Shown piece by piece: positions 11,901-26,900 of a DNA stretch of 64,000 nucleotides. Every line of letters begins with the position of its first letter. Position 1 is the stretch's first letter. Location of the stretch: positions 246,140,001 through 246,204,000 of the forward strand of contig OZ024741.1 of the NCBI GenBank assembly GCA_964016885.1. The letters are read 5' to 3'. The notes below the pieces were generated by a model. That model worked only from the letters and a program-made list of their open reading frames with translations. It did no database searches and was not told the origin of the DNA. Source of the stretch: Eledone cirrhosa (Eukaryota). The translations under genes were made by a program, and so were the position numbers.

Positions 11901-14900
11901 TATGTCCCCTTGGACGGCTAGAAATTACCTCTCCTTGGACGGCTGGAAAATATGTCTCCTTGGACGGCTGGATATTATCTCCCCTTGGACGGCTGGAAAT
12001 TATCTCCCCTTGGACGGCTGGAAATTATCTCCCCTTGGATGGCTAGATATTACCTCCCCTTGGACGGCTGGAAATTATCTCCCCTTGATTTTTTTTACAA
12101 ATTATCTCCCCCTGATTTTTTTTTACAAATTATCTCCCCCTGATTTTTTTTTACAAATTATCTCCCCCTGATTTTTGTTTACAAATTATCTCCGCCTGAT
12201 TTTTTTTTTAAAATTATCTCCCCTTGGACGGCTGGAAATTATCTCCCCTTGGACGGCTAGAAATTACCTATCCTTGGACGGCTGAAAATTATCTCCCCTT
12301 GGACGGCTGGAAATTATCTCCCCTTGATTTTTTTACAAATTATCTCCCCCTGATTTTTTTTTACAAATTATCTCCCCCTGATTTTTTTTTTACAAATTAT
12401 CTCCCCCTGATTTTTTTTTACAAATTATCTACCCCTGATTTTTTTTACAAATTATCTCCCCCTGATTTTTTTTACAAATTATCTCCCCCTGATTTTTTTT
12501 TACAAATTATCTCCCCCTGATTTTTTTACAAATTATCTCCCCCTGATTTTTTTTACAAATTATCTCCGCCTGATTTTTTTAAATATTATCTTCCCTTGGC
12601 TGGCGGGAAATTATCTCCCCTTGGACGGCTGAAAATTATCTCCCCTTGGACGGCTGGAAATTATCTCCCCTTGATTTTTTTTACAAATTATCTCCCCCTG
12701 ATTTTTTTTTACAAATTATCTCCCCCTGATTTTTTTACAAATTATCTCCCCCTGATTTTTTTTTACAAATTATCTCCCCCTGATTTTTTTTACAAATTAT
12801 CTCCCTCTGATTTTTTACAAATTATCTCCCCTTGGCTGGCTGGAAATTATCTCCCCTTGGACGGCTAGAAATTACCTCTCCTTGGACGGCTGGAAAATAT
12901 GTCTCCTTGGACGGCTGGATATTATCTCCCCTTGGACGGCTGGAAATTATCTCCCCTTGGACGGCTGGAAATTATCTCCCCTTGGACGGATAGATATTAC
13001 CTCCCCTTGGACGGCTGGAAATTATCTCCCCTTGATTTTTTTACAAATTATCTCCCCCTGATTTATTTTACAAATCTCCCAATGATTTTAAAAAAAAATT
13101 ATCTCCCCTTCGCTGGCTGGAAATTATCTCCCCTTGGACGCTGGAAATTATAGCCCCTTGGAGGGCTGGAAATTATCTTCCCTTGGACGGCTGGAAATTA
13201 TCTCCCCTTGATTTTTTTTACAAATTATCTCCCCCTGATTTTTTTTACAAATTATCTCCCCCTGATTTTTTTTACAAATTATCTCCCCCTGATTTTTTTT
13301 TACAAATTATCTCCCCCTGATTTTTTTACAAATTATCTCCCCCTGATTTTTTTTACAATCTCCGCCTGATTTTTTTAAAAATTATCTTCCCTTGGCTGGC
13401 TGGAAATTATCTCCCCTTGGACACTGGAAATTATAGCCCCTTGGAGGGCTGGAAATTATCTTCCCTTGGACGGCTGGAAATTATCTCCCCTTGATTTTTT
13501 TTACAAATTATCTCCGCCTGATTTTTTTTTACAAATTATCTCCCCCTGATTTTTTTTTACAAATTATCTACCCCTGATTTTTTTTTACAAATTATCTCCC
13601 CCTGATTTTTTTTACAAATTATCTCCCCCTGATTTTTCTTTTACAAATTATCTCCCCCTGATTTTTTTACAAATTATCTCCCCCTGATTTTTTTTACAAA
13701 TTATCTCCGCCTGATTTTTTTAAATATTATCTTCCCTTGGCTGGCGGGAAATTATCTCCCCTTGGACGGCTGGAAATTATCTGCCCTTGATTTTCTTTTT
13801 ACAAATTATCTTCCACTGATTTTTTTTACAAATTATCTCCACCTGATTTTTTAAAAAATTATCTCCCCTTGGAAGGCTGGAAATTATCTCCCCTTGGACG
13901 GCTGGAAATTATCTCCCCTTGGACGGCTAGAAATTATCTCTCCTTGGACGGCTGAAAATTATCTCCCCTTGGACGGCTGCAAATTATCTCCCCTTGATTT
14001 TTTTTACAAATTATCTCCCCCTGATTTTTTTTACAAATTATCTCCCCCTGATTTTTTTTACAAATTATCTACCCCTGATTTTTTTTACAAATTATCTCCC
14101 CCTGATTTTTTTTTACAAATTATCTCCCCCTGATTTTTTTTTACAAATTATCTCCCCCTGATTTTTTTTTTACAAATTATCTCCCCCTGATTTTTTTACA
14201 AATTATCTCCCCCTGATTTTTTTTACAATCTCCGCCTGATTTTTTTAAAAATTATCTTCCCTTGGCTGGCGGGAAATTATCTCCCCTTGGACGGCTGGAA
14301 ATTATCTCGCCTTGCACGGCTGGAAATTATCTCCCCTTGGCTGGAAATTATCTCCCCTTGGACGGCTAGAAATTATCTCTCTTTGGACGGCTGGAAATTA
14401 TCTCCCTTTGATTTTTTTTACAAATTATCTCCCTCTGATTTTTTTTACAAATCTCCCCCTGATTTTTTTAAAAAAATTATCTCCCCTTCGCTGGCTGGAA
14501 ATTATCTTCCCTTGGACGGCTGGAAATTATCTCACCTTGATTTTTTTTACAAATTATCTCCGCCTGATTTTTTTTTTAAATTATCTCTCCTTGGACGGCT
14601 GGAAATTATCTCCCCTTGATTTTTTTTACAAATAATCTCCCCCTGATTTTTTTTTATAAATTATCTCCCCCTGATTTTTTTTTACAAATTATCTACCCCT
14701 GTTTTTTTTTACAAATTATCTCCCCCTGATTTTTTTTACAAATTATCTCCCCCTGATTTTTCTTTTACAAATTATCTCCCCCTGATTTTTCTTTTACAAA
14801 TTATCTCCCCCTGATTTTTTTACAAATTATCTCCCCCTGATTTTTTTTACAAATTGTCTCCGCCTGATTTTTTTAAATATTATCTTCCCTTGGCTGGCGC

Positions 14901-17900
14901 GAAATTACCTCCCCTTGGACGGCTGGAAATTATCTGCCCTTGATTTTCTTTTTACAAATTATCTTCCACTGATTTTTTTTACAAATTATCTCCACCTGAT
15001 TTTTTAAAAAATTATCTCCCCTTGGAAGGCTGGAAATTATCTCCCCTTGGCTGGAAATTATCTCCCCTTGGACGGCTAGAAATTATCTCTCTTTGGACGG
15101 CTGGAAATTATCACCCCTTGAGTTTTTTACAAATTATCTCCCCCTGATTTTTTTTACAAATCTCCCAGTGATTTTTTAAAAAAAATTATCTCCCCTTCGC
15201 TGGCTGGAAATTATCTCCCCTTGGACGCTGGAAATTATAGCCCCTTGGAGGGCTGGAAATTATCTTCCCTTGGACGGCTGGAAATTATCTCCCCTTGATT
15301 TTTTTTACAAATTATCTCCCCCTGATTTTTTTTTACAAATTATCTCCCCCTGATTTTTTTTTACAACTTATCTGCGCCTGATTTTTTAAAAAAAATTATC
15401 TCCCCTTGGACGGCTGGAAATTATCTCCCCTTGGACGGCTGGAAATTATCTCTCCTTGGACGGCTAGAATTTACCTCTCCTTGGACGGCTGAAAATTATC
15501 TCCCCTTGGACGGCTGGAAATTATCTCCCCTTGATTTTTTTTACAAATTATCTCCCCCTTTTTTTTTTTTACAAATTATCTCCCCCTGATTTTTTTTTAC
15601 AAATTATCTCCCCCTGATTTTTTTTTACAAATTATCTCCCCCTGATTTTTTTTACAAATTATCTCCCCCCTGATTTTTTTACAAATTATCTCCCCTTGGC
15701 TGGCTGGAAATTATCTCCCCTTGGAGGCTGGAACTTATCTCCCCTTGGACGGCTAGAAATTACCTCTCCTTGGACGGCTGGAAAATATGTCTCCTTGGAC
15801 GGCTGGATATTATCTCCCCTTGGACGGCTGGAAATTATCTCCCCTTGGACGGCTGGAAATTATCTCCCCTTGGATGGCTAGATATTACCTCCCCTTGGAC
15901 GGCTGGAAATTATCTCCCCTTGATTTTTTTAACAAATTATCTCCCCCTGATTTTTTTTTACAAATGATCTCCCCCTGATTTTTTTTAAAAAATTATCTCC
16001 CCCTGATTTTTGTTTACAAATTATCTCCGCCTGATTTTTTTTAACAAATTATCTCCCCTTGGACGGCTGGAAATTATCTCCCCTTGGACGGCTGGAAATT
16101 ATATCTCCTTGGACGGCTAGAATTTACCTCTCCTTGGACGGCTGAAAATTATCTCCCCTTGGACGGCTGGAAATTATCTCCCCTTGATTTTTTTTACAAA
16201 TCATCTCCCCCTGATTTTTTTTTACAAATTATCTCCCCCTGATTTTTTTTTACAAATTATCTCCCCCTGATTTTTTTTTACAAATTATCTCCATCTGATT
16301 TTTTTACAAATTATCTCCCCTTGGCTGGCTGGAAATTATCTCCCCTTGGAGGCTGGAACTTATCTCCCCTTGGACGGCTAGAAATTACCTCTCCTTGGAC
16401 GGCTGGAAAATATGTCTCCTTGGACAGCTGGATATTATCTCCCCTTGGACGGCTGGAAATTATCTCCCCTTGGACGGCTGGAAATTATCTCCCCTTGGAT
16501 GGCTAGATATTACCTCCCCTTGGACGGCTGGAAATTATCTCCCCTTGATTTTTTTTACAAATTATCTCCCCCTGATTTTTTTTTACAAATTATCTCCCCC
16601 TGATTTTTGTTTACAAATTATCTCCGCCTGATTTTTTTTTTTAAATTATCTCCCCTTGGACGGCTGGAAATTATCTCCCCTTGGACGGCTAGAAATTACC
16701 TCTCCTTGGACGGCTGAAAATTATCTCCCCTTGGACGGCTGGAAATTATCTCCCCTTGATTTTTTTACAAATTATCTCCCCCTGATTTTTTTTTTACAAA
16801 TTATCTCCCCCTGATTTTTTTTTACAAATTATCTCCCCCTGATTTTTTTTTACAAATTATCTACCCCTGATTTTTTTTACAAATTATCTCCCCCTGATTT
16901 TTTTTACAAATTATCTCCCCCTGATTTTTTTTTACAATTTATCTCCCCCTGATTTTTTTACAAATTATCTCCCCCTGATTTTTTTTACAAATTATCTCCG
17001 CCTGATTTTTTTAAATATTATCTTCCCTTGGCTGGCGGGAAATTATCTCCCCTTGGACGGCTGAAAATTATCTCCCCTTGGACGGCTGGAAATTATCTCC
17101 CCTTGATTTTTTTTACAAATTATCTCCCCCTGATTTTTTTTTACAAATTATCTCCCCCTGATTTTTTTACAAATTATCTCCCCCTGATTTTTTTTTACAA
17201 ATTATCTCCCCCTGATTTTTTTTACAAATTATCTCCCTCTGATTTTTTTACAAATTATCTCCCCTTGGCTGGCTGGAAATTATCTCCCCTTGGACGGCTA
17301 GAAATTACCTCTCCTTGGACGGCTGGAAAATATGTCTCGTTGGACGGCTGGATATTATCTCCCCTTGGACGGCTGGAAATTATCTCCCCTTGGACGGCTG
17401 GAAATTATCTCCCCTTGGACGGATAGATATTACCTCCCCTTGGACGGCTGGAAATTATCTCCCCTTGATTTTTTTACAAATTATCTCCCCCTGATTTATT
17501 TTACAAATCTCCCAATGATTTTAAAAAAAAAATTATCTCCCCTTCGCTGGCTGGAAATTATCTCCCCTTGGACGCTGGAAATTATAGCCCCTTGGAGGGC
17601 TGGAAATTATCTTCCCTTGGACGGCTGGAAATTATCTCCCCTTGATTTTTTTTACAAATTATCTCCCCCTGATTTTTTTTACAAATTATCTCCCCCTGAT
17701 TTTTTTTACAAATTATCTACCCCTGATTTTTTTTACAAATTATCTCCCCCTGATTTTTTTTTACAAATTATCTCCCCCTGATTTTTTTTTACAAATTATC
17801 TCCCCCTGATTTTTTTACAAATTATCTCCCCCTGATTTTTTTTACAATCTCCGCCTGATTTTTTTAAAAATTATCTTCCCTTGGCTGGCTGGAAATTATC

Positions 17901-20900
17901 TCCCCTTGGACACTGGAAATTATAGCCCCTTGGAGGGCTGGAAATTATCTTCCCTTGGACGGCTGGAAATTATCTCCCCTTGATTTTTTTTACAAATTAT
18001 CTCCACCTGATTTTTTTTTACAAATTATCTCCCCCTGATTTTTTTTACAAATTATCTACCCCTGATTTTTTTTTACAAATTATCTCCCCCTGATTTTTTT
18101 TACAAATTATCTCCCCCTGATTTTTCTTTTACAAATTATCTCCCCCTGATTTTTTTACAAATTATCTCCCCCTGATTTTTTTTACAAATTATCTCCGCCT
18201 GATTTTTTTAAATATTATCTTCCCTTGGCTGGCGGGAAATTATCTCCCCTTGGACGGCTGGAAATTATCTGCCCTTGATTTTCTTTTTACAAATTATCTT
18301 CCACTGATTTTTTTTACAAATTATCTCCACCTGATTTTTTAAAAAATTATCTCCCCTTGGAAGGCTGGAAATTATCTCCCCTTGGACGGCTGGAAATTAT
18401 CTCCCCTTGGACGGCTAGAAATTATCTCTCCTTGGACGGCTGAAAATTATCTCCCCTTGGACGGCTGCAAATTATCTCCCCTTGATTTTTTTTACAAATT
18501 ATCTCCCCCTGATTTTTTTTACAAATTATCTCCCCCTGATTTTTTTTACAAATTATCTACCCCTGATATTTCTAACAAATTATCTCCCCCTGATTTTTTT
18601 TTACAAATTATCTCCCCCTGATTTTTTTTTACAAATTATCTCCCCCTGATTTTTTTTTTACAAATTATCTCCCCCTGATTTTTTTACAAATTATCTCCCC
18701 CTGATTTTTTTTACAATCTCCGCCTGATTTTTTTAAAAATTATCTACCCTTGGCTGGCGGGAAATTATCTCCCCTTGGACGGCTGGAAATTATCTCCCCT
18801 TGGAAGGATGGAAATTATCTCCCCTTGGACGGCTGGAAATTATCTCCCCTTGCACGGCTGGAAATTATCTCCCCTTGGCTGGAAATTATCTCCCCTTGGA
18901 CGGCTAGAAATTATCTCTCTTTGGACGGCTGGAAATTATCTCCCTTTGATTTTTTTACAAATTATCTCCCTCTGATTTTTTTTACAAATCTCCCCCTGAT
19001 TTTTTTAAAAAAATTATCTCCCCTTCGCTGGCTGGAAATTATCTTCCCTTGGACGGCTGGAAATTATCTCACCTTGATTTTTTTTACAAATTATCTCCGC
19101 CTGATTTTTTTTTTAAATTATCTCTCCTTGGACGGCTGGAAATTATCTCCCCTTGATTTTTTTTACAAATAATCTCCCCCTGATTTTTTTTTATAAATTA
19201 TCTCCCCCTGATTTTTTTTTACAAATTATCTACCCCTGATTTTTTTTTACAAATTATCTCCCCCTGATTTTTTTTACAAATTGTCTCCCCCTGATTTTTC
19301 TTTTACAAATTATCTCCCCCTGATTTTTTTACAAATTATCTTCCACTGATTTTTTTTACAAATTATCTCCACCTGATTTTTTAAAAAATTATCTCCCCTT
19401 GGAAGGCTGGAAATTATCTCCCCTTGGCTGGAAATTATCTCCCCTTGGACGGCTAGAAATTATCTCTCTTTGGACGGCTGGAAATTATCACCCCTTGAGT
19501 TTTTTACAAATTATCTCCCCCTGATTTTTTTTACAAATCTCCCAGTGATTTTTTAAAAAAAATTATCTCCCCTTCGCTGGCTGGAAATTATCTCCCCTTG
19601 GACGCTGGAAATTATAGCCCCTTGGAGGGCTGGAAATTATCTTCCCTTGGACGGCTGGAAATTATCTCCCCTTGATTTTTTTTACAAATTATCTCCCCCT
19701 TTTTTTTTTTTACAAATTATCTCCCCTTGGCTGGCTGGAAATTATCTCCCCTTGGAGGCTGGAACTTATCTCCCCTTGGACGGCTAGAAATTACCTCTCC
19801 TTGGACGGCTGGAAAATATGTCTCCTTGGACGGCTGGATATTATCTCCCCTTGGACGGCTGGAAATTATCTCCCCTTGGACGGCTGGAAATTATCTCCCC
19901 TTGGATGGCTAGATATTACCTCCCCTTGGACGGCTGGAAATTATCTCCCCTTGATTTTTTTAACAAATTATCTCCCCCTGATTTTTTTTTACAAATGATC
20001 TCCCCCTGATTTTTTTTAAAAAATTATCTCCCCCTGATTTTTGTTTACAAATTATCTCCGCCTGATTTTTTTTAACAAATTATCTCCCCTTGGACTGCTG
20101 GAAATTATCTCCCCTTGGACGGCTGGAAATTATATCTCCTTGGACGGCTAGAATTTACCTCTCCTTGGACGGCTGAAAATTATCTCCCCTTGGACGGCTG
20201 GAAATTATCTCCCCTTGATTTTTTTTACAAATCATCTCCCCCTGATTTTTTTTTACAAATTATCTCCCCCTGATTTTTTTTTACAAATTATCTCCCCCTG
20301 ATTTTTTTTTACAAATTATCTCCCCCTGATTTTTTTACAAATTATCTCCCCTTGGCTGGCTGGAAATTATCTCCCCTTGGAGGCTGGAACTTATCTCCCC
20401 TTGGACGGCTAGAAATTACCTCTCCTTGGACGGCTGGAAAATATGTCTCCTTGGACGGCTGGATATTATCTCCCCTTGGACGGCTGGAAATTATCTCCCC
20501 TTGGACGGCTGGAAATTATCTCCCCTTGGATGGCTAGATATTACCTCCCCTTGGACGGCTGGAAATTATCTCCCCTTGATTTTTTTTACAAATTATCTCC
20601 CCCTGATTTTTTTTTACAAATTATCTCCCCCTGATTTTTTTTTACAAATTATCTCCCCCTGATTTTTGTTTACAAATTATCTCCGCCTGATTTTTTTTTT
20701 TAAATTATCTCCCCTTGGACGGCTGGAAATTATCTCCCCTTGGACGGCTAGAAATTACCTCTCCTTGGACGGCTGAAAATTATCTCCCCTTGGACGGCTG
20801 GAAATTATCTCCCCTTGATTTTTTTACAAATTATCTCCCCCTGATTTTTTTTTTACAAATTATCTCCCCCTGATTTTTTTTTACAAATTATCTACCCCTG

Positions 20901-23900
20901 ATTTTTTTTTACAAATTATCTCCCCCTGATTTTTTTTTACAAATTATCTACCCCTGATTTTTTTTACAAATTATCTCCCCCTGATTTTTTTTACAAATTA
21001 TCTCCCCCTGATTTTTTTTTTACAAATTATCTCCCCCTGATTTTTTTACAAATTATCTCCCCCTGATTTTTTTTACAAATTATCTCCGCCGGATTTTTTT
21101 AAATATTATCTTCCCTTGGCTTGCGGGAAATTATCTCCCCTTGGACGGCTGAAAATTATCTCCCCTTGGACGGCTGGAAATTATCTCCCCTTGATTTTTT
21201 TTACAAATTATCTCCCCCTGATTTTTTTTTACAAATTATCTCCCCCTGATTTTTTTTACAAATTATCTCCCCCTGATTTTTTTTTACAAATTATCTCCCC
21301 CTGATTTTTTTTACAAATTATCTCCCCCTGATTTTTTTTACAAATTATCTCCCCCTGATTTTTTTTACAAATTATCTCCCCCTGATTTTTTTTACAAATT
21401 ATCTCCGCCTGATTTTTTTAAATATTATCTTCCCTTGGCTGGCGGGAAATTATCTCCCCTTGGACGGCTGGAAATTATCTGCCCTTGATTTTCTTTTTAC
21501 AAATTAACTTCCACTGATTTTTTTTACAAATTATCTCCACCTGATTTTTTTAAAAATTATCTCCCCTTGGAAGGCTGGAAATTATCTCCCCTTGGCTGGA
21601 AATTATCTCCCCTTGGACGGCTAGAAATTATCTCTCTTTGGACGGCTGGAAATTATCACCCCTTGAGTTTTTTACAAATTATCTCCCCCTGATTTTTTTT
21701 ACAAATCTCCCAGTGATTTTTAAAAAAAAATTATCTTCCCTTCGCTGGCTGGAAATTATCTCCCCTTGGACGCTGGAAATTATAGCCCCTTGGAGGGCTG
21801 GAAATTATCTTCCCTTGGACGGCTGGAAATTATCTCCCCTTGATTTTTTTTACAAATTATCTCCCCCTGATTTTTTTTTACAAATTATCTCCCCCTGATT
21901 TTTTTTTACAACTTATCTGCGCCTGATTTTTTTAAAAAAATTATCTCCCCTTGGACGGCTGGAAATTATCTCTCCTTGGACGGCTGGAAATTATCTCTCC
22001 TTGGACGGCTAGAATTTACCTCTCCTTGGACGGCTGAAAATTATCTCCCCTTGGACGGCTGGAAATTATCTCCCCTTGATTTTTTTTACAAATTATCTCC
22101 CCCTGATTTTTTTTTACAAATTATCTCCCCCTGATTTTTTTTTACAAATTATCTCCCCCTGATTTTTTTTTACAAATTATCTCCCCCTGATTTTTTTTAC
22201 AAATTATCTCCCCCTGATTTTTTTTTACAAATTATCTCCCCCTGATTTTTTTTTACAAATTATGTCCCCCTGATTTTTTTTTACAAATTATCTCCCCCTA
22301 ATTTTTTTTTACAAATTATCTCCCCCTGATTTTTTTTTACAAATTATCTCCCCCTGATTTTTTTTTACAAATTATCTCCGCCTGATTTTTTTTTAAAAAT
22401 TACCTCCCCTTGGACGGCTGGAAATTATCTCCCCTTGGACGGCTGGAAATTATCTCCCCTTGGACGGCTAGAAATTATCTCTCCTTGGACGGCTGAAAAT
22501 TATCTCCCCTTGGACGGCTGCAAATTATCTCCCCTTGATTTTTTTTACAAATTATCTCCCCCTGATTTTTTTTACAAATTATCTCCCCCTGATTTTTTTT
22601 ACAAATTATCTACCCCTGATTTTTTTTACAAATTATCTCCCCCTGATTTTTTTTTACAAATTATCTCCCCCTGATTTTTTTTTACAAATTATCTCCCCCT
22701 GATTTTTCTTTTACAAATTATCTCCCCCTGATTTTTTTACAAAGTATCCCCCCCTGATTTTTTTTACAATCTCCGCCTGATTTTTTTAAAAATTATCTTC
22801 CCTTGGCTGGCGGGAAATTATCTCCCCTTGGACGGCTGGAAATTATCTCCCCTTGGAAGGATGGAAATTATCTCCCCTTGGACGGCTGGAAATTATCTCC
22901 CCTTGCACGGCTGGAAATTATCTCCCATTGGACGGCTAGAAATTATCTCTCTTTGGACGGCTGGAAATTATCTCCCTTTGATTTTTTTTACAAATTATCT
23001 CCCTCTGATTTTTTTTACAAATCTCCCCCTGATTTTTAAAAAAAAATTATCTCCCCTTCGCTGGCTGGAAATTATCTCCCCTTGGACACTGGAAATTATA
23101 GCCCCTTGGAGGGCCGGAAATTATCTTCCCTTGGACGGCTGGAAATTATCTCCCACTGATTTTTTTTACAAATTATCTCCGCCTTATTTTTTTAAAAAAT
23201 TATCTCTCCTTGGACGGCTGGAAATTATCTCCCCTTGATTTTTTTTACAAATAATCTCCCCCTGATTTTTTTTTACAAATTATCTCCCCCTGATTTTTTT
23301 TTACAAATTATCTACCCCTGATTTTTTTTACAAATTATCTCCGCCTGATTTTTTAAAATATTATCTTCCCTTGGCTGGCGGGAAATTATCTCCCCTTGGA
23401 CGGCTGGAAATTATCTGCCCTTGATTTTCTTTTTACAAATTATCTTCCACTGATTTTTTTTACAAATTATCTCCACCTGATTTTTTAAAAAATTATCTCC
23501 CCTTGGAAGGCTGGAAATTATCTCCCCTTGGCTGGAAATTATCTCCCCTTGGACGGCTAGAAATTATCTCTCTTTGTACGGCTGGAAATTATCACCCCTT
23601 GAGTTTTTTACAAATTATCTCCCCCTGATATTTTTTACAAATCTCCCAGTGTTTTTTAAAAAAAATTATCTCCCCTTCGCTGGCTGGAAATTATCTCCCC
23701 TTGGACGCTGGAAATTATAGCCCCTTGGAGGGCTGGAAATTATCTTCCCTTGGACGGCTGGAAATTATCTCCCCTTGATTTTTTTTACAAATTATCTCCC
23801 CCTGATTTTTTTTTACAAATTATCTCCCCCTGATTTTTTTTTACAACTTATCTGCGCCTGATTTTTTTAAAAAAATTATCTTCCCTTGGACGGCTGGAAA

Positions 23901-26900
23901 TTATCTCCCCTTGGACGGCTGGAAATTATCTCTCCTTGGACGGCTAGAATTTACCTCTCCTTGGACGGCTGAAAATTATCTCCCCTTGGACGGCTGGAAA
24001 TTATCTCCCCTTGATTTTTTTTACAAATTATCTCCCCCTGATTTTTTTTTACAAATTATCTCCCCCTGATTTTTTTTTACAAATTATCTCCCCCTGATTT
24101 TTTTTTACAAATTATCTCCCCCTGATTTTTTTTACAAATTATCTCCCCCTGATTTTTTTACAAATTATCTCCCCTTGGCTGGCTGGAAATTATCTCCCCT
24201 TGGAGGCTGGAACTTATGTCCCCTTGGACGGCTAGAAATTACCTCTCCTTGGACGGCTGGAAAATATGTCTCCTTGGACGGCTGGATATTATCTCCCCTT
24301 GGACGGCTGGAAATTATCTCCCCTTGGACGGCTGGAAATTATCTCCCCTTGGATGGCTAGATATTACCTCCCCTTGGACGGCTGGAAATTATCACCCCTT
24401 GATTTTTTTTACAAATTATCTCCCCCTGATTTTTTTTTACAAATTATCTCCCCCTGATTTTTTTTTACAAATTATCTTCCCCTGATTTTTGTTTACAAAT
24501 TATCTTCGCCTGGTTTTTTTTTTAAATTATCTCCCCTTGGACGGCTGGAAATTATCTCCCCTTGGACGGCTAGAAATTACCTCTCCTTGGACGGCTGAAA
24601 ATTATCTCCCCTTGGACGGCTGGAAATTATCTCCCCTTGATTTTTTTACAAATTATCTCCCCCTGATTTTTTTTTTACAAATTATCTCCCCCTGATTTTT
24701 TTTTTACAAATTATCTCCCCCTGATTTTTTTTTACAAATTATCTACCCCTGATTTTTTTTACAAATTATCTCCCCCTGATTTTTTTTACAAATTATCTCC
24801 CCCTGATTTTTTTTTACAAATTATCTCCCCCTGATTTTTTTACAAATTATCTCCCCCTGATTTTTTTTACAAATTATCTCCGCCTGATTTTTTTAAATAT
24901 TATCTTCCCTTGGCTGGCGGGAAATTATCTCCCCTTGGACGGCTGAAAATTATCTCCCCTTGGACGGCTGGAAATTATCTCCCCTTGATTTTTTTTACAA
25001 ATTATCTCCCCCTGATTTTTTTTTACAAATTATCTCCCCCTGATTTTTTTACAAATTATCTCCCCCTGATTTTTTTTTACAAATTATCTCCCCCTGATTT
25101 TTTTTTACAAATTATCTCCCTCTGATTTTTTTACAAATTATCTCCCCTTGGCTGGCTGGAAATTATCTCCCCTTGGACGGCTAGAAATTACCTCTCCTTG
25201 GACGGCTGGAAAATATGTCTCCTTGGACGGCTGGATATTATCTCCCCTTGGACGGCTGGAAATTATCTCCCCTTGGACGGATAGATATTACCTCCCCTTG
25301 GACGGCTGGAAATTATCTCCCCCTGATTTTTTTTACAAATCTCCCAATGATTTTAAAAAAAAAATTATCTCCCCTTCGCTGGCTGGAAATTATCTCCCCT
25401 TGGACGCTGGAAATTATAGCCCCTTGGAGGGCTGGAAATTATCTTCCCTTGGACGGCTGGAAATTATCTCCCATTGATTTTTTTTACAAATTATCTCCCC
25501 CTGATTTTTTTTACAAATTATCTCCCCCTGATTTTTTTTACAAATTATCTACCCCTGATTTTTTTTACAAATTATCTCCCCCTGATTTTTTTTTACAAAT
25601 TATCTCCCCCTGATTTTTTTTTACAAATTATGTCCCCCTGATTTTTTTACAAATTATCTCCCCCTGATTTTTTTTACAATCTCCGCCTGATTTTTTTAAA
25701 AATTATCTTCCGTTGGCTGGCTGGAAATTATCTCCCCTTGGACACTGGAAATTATAGCCCCTTGGAGGGCTGGAAATTATCTTCCCTTGGACGGCTGGAA
25801 ATTATCTCCCCTTGATTTTTTTTACAAATTATCTCCGCCTGATTTTTTTTTACAAATTATCTCCCCCTGATTTTTCTATTACAAATTATCTCCCCCTGAT
25901 TTTTTTACAAATTATCTCCCCCTGATTTTTTTTACAAATTATCTCCGCCTGATTTTTTTAAATATTACCTTCCCTTGGCTGGCGGGAAATTATCTCCCCT
26001 TGGACGGCTGGAAATTATCTGCCCTTGATTTTCTTTTTACAAATTATCTTCCACTGATTTTTTTTACAAATTATCTCCACCTGATTTTTTAAAAAATTAT
26101 CTCCCCTTGGAAGGCTGGAAATTATCTCCCCTTGGACGGCTGGAAATTATCTCCCCTTGGACGGCTAGAAATTATCTCTCCTTGGACGGCTGAAAATTAT
26201 CTCCCCTTGGACGGCTGCAAATTATCTCCCCTTGATTTTTTTTACAAATTATCTCCCCCTGATTTTTTTTACAAATTATCTCCCCCTAATTTTTTTTACA
26301 AATTATCTACCCCTGATTTTTTTTACAAATTATCTCCCCCTGATTTTTTTTTACAAATTATCTCCCCCTGATTTTTTTTTACAAATTATCTCCCCCTGAT
26401 TTTTTTTTTACAAATTATCTCCCCCTGATTTTTTTACAAATTATCTCCCCCTGATTTTTTTTACAATCTCCGCCTGATTTTTTTAAAAATTATCTTCCCT
26501 TGGCTGGCGGGAAATTATCTCCCCTTGGACGGCTGGAAATTATCTCCCCTTGGAAGGATGGAAATTATCTCCCCTTGGACGGCTGGAAATTATCTCCCCT
26601 TGCACGGCTGGAAATTATCTCCCCTTGGCTGGAAATTATCTCCCCTTGGACGGCTAGAAATTATCTCTCTTTGGACGGCTGGAAATTATCTCCCTTTGAT
26701 TTTTTTTACAAATTATCTCCCTCTGATTTTTTTTACAAATCTCCCCCTGATTTTTTAAAAAAAATTATCTCCCCTTCGCTGGCTGGAAATTATCTTCCCT
26801 TGGACGGCTGGAAATTATCTCCCCTTGATTTTTTTTACAAATTATCTCCGCCTGATTTTTTTTTAAAATTATCTCTCCTTGGACGGCTGGAAATTATCTC

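Larger units (their letters stand above)
1420..16740 (+). repeat. Tandem pair of ~7.5-7.9-kb higher-order units (about 1,420-8,860 recurring at about 9,000-16,740)
   Basis: Offsets are 7,576 (ORF starts 1713/9289, 2509/10085, 2877/10453; variant AAATTATCCCCCCC at 1,445/9,021), 7,530 (4331/11861) and 7,877-7,878 (5022/12899, 6016/13894, 7818/15696, 8443/16321). Boundaries are approximate. Confidence 0.88.
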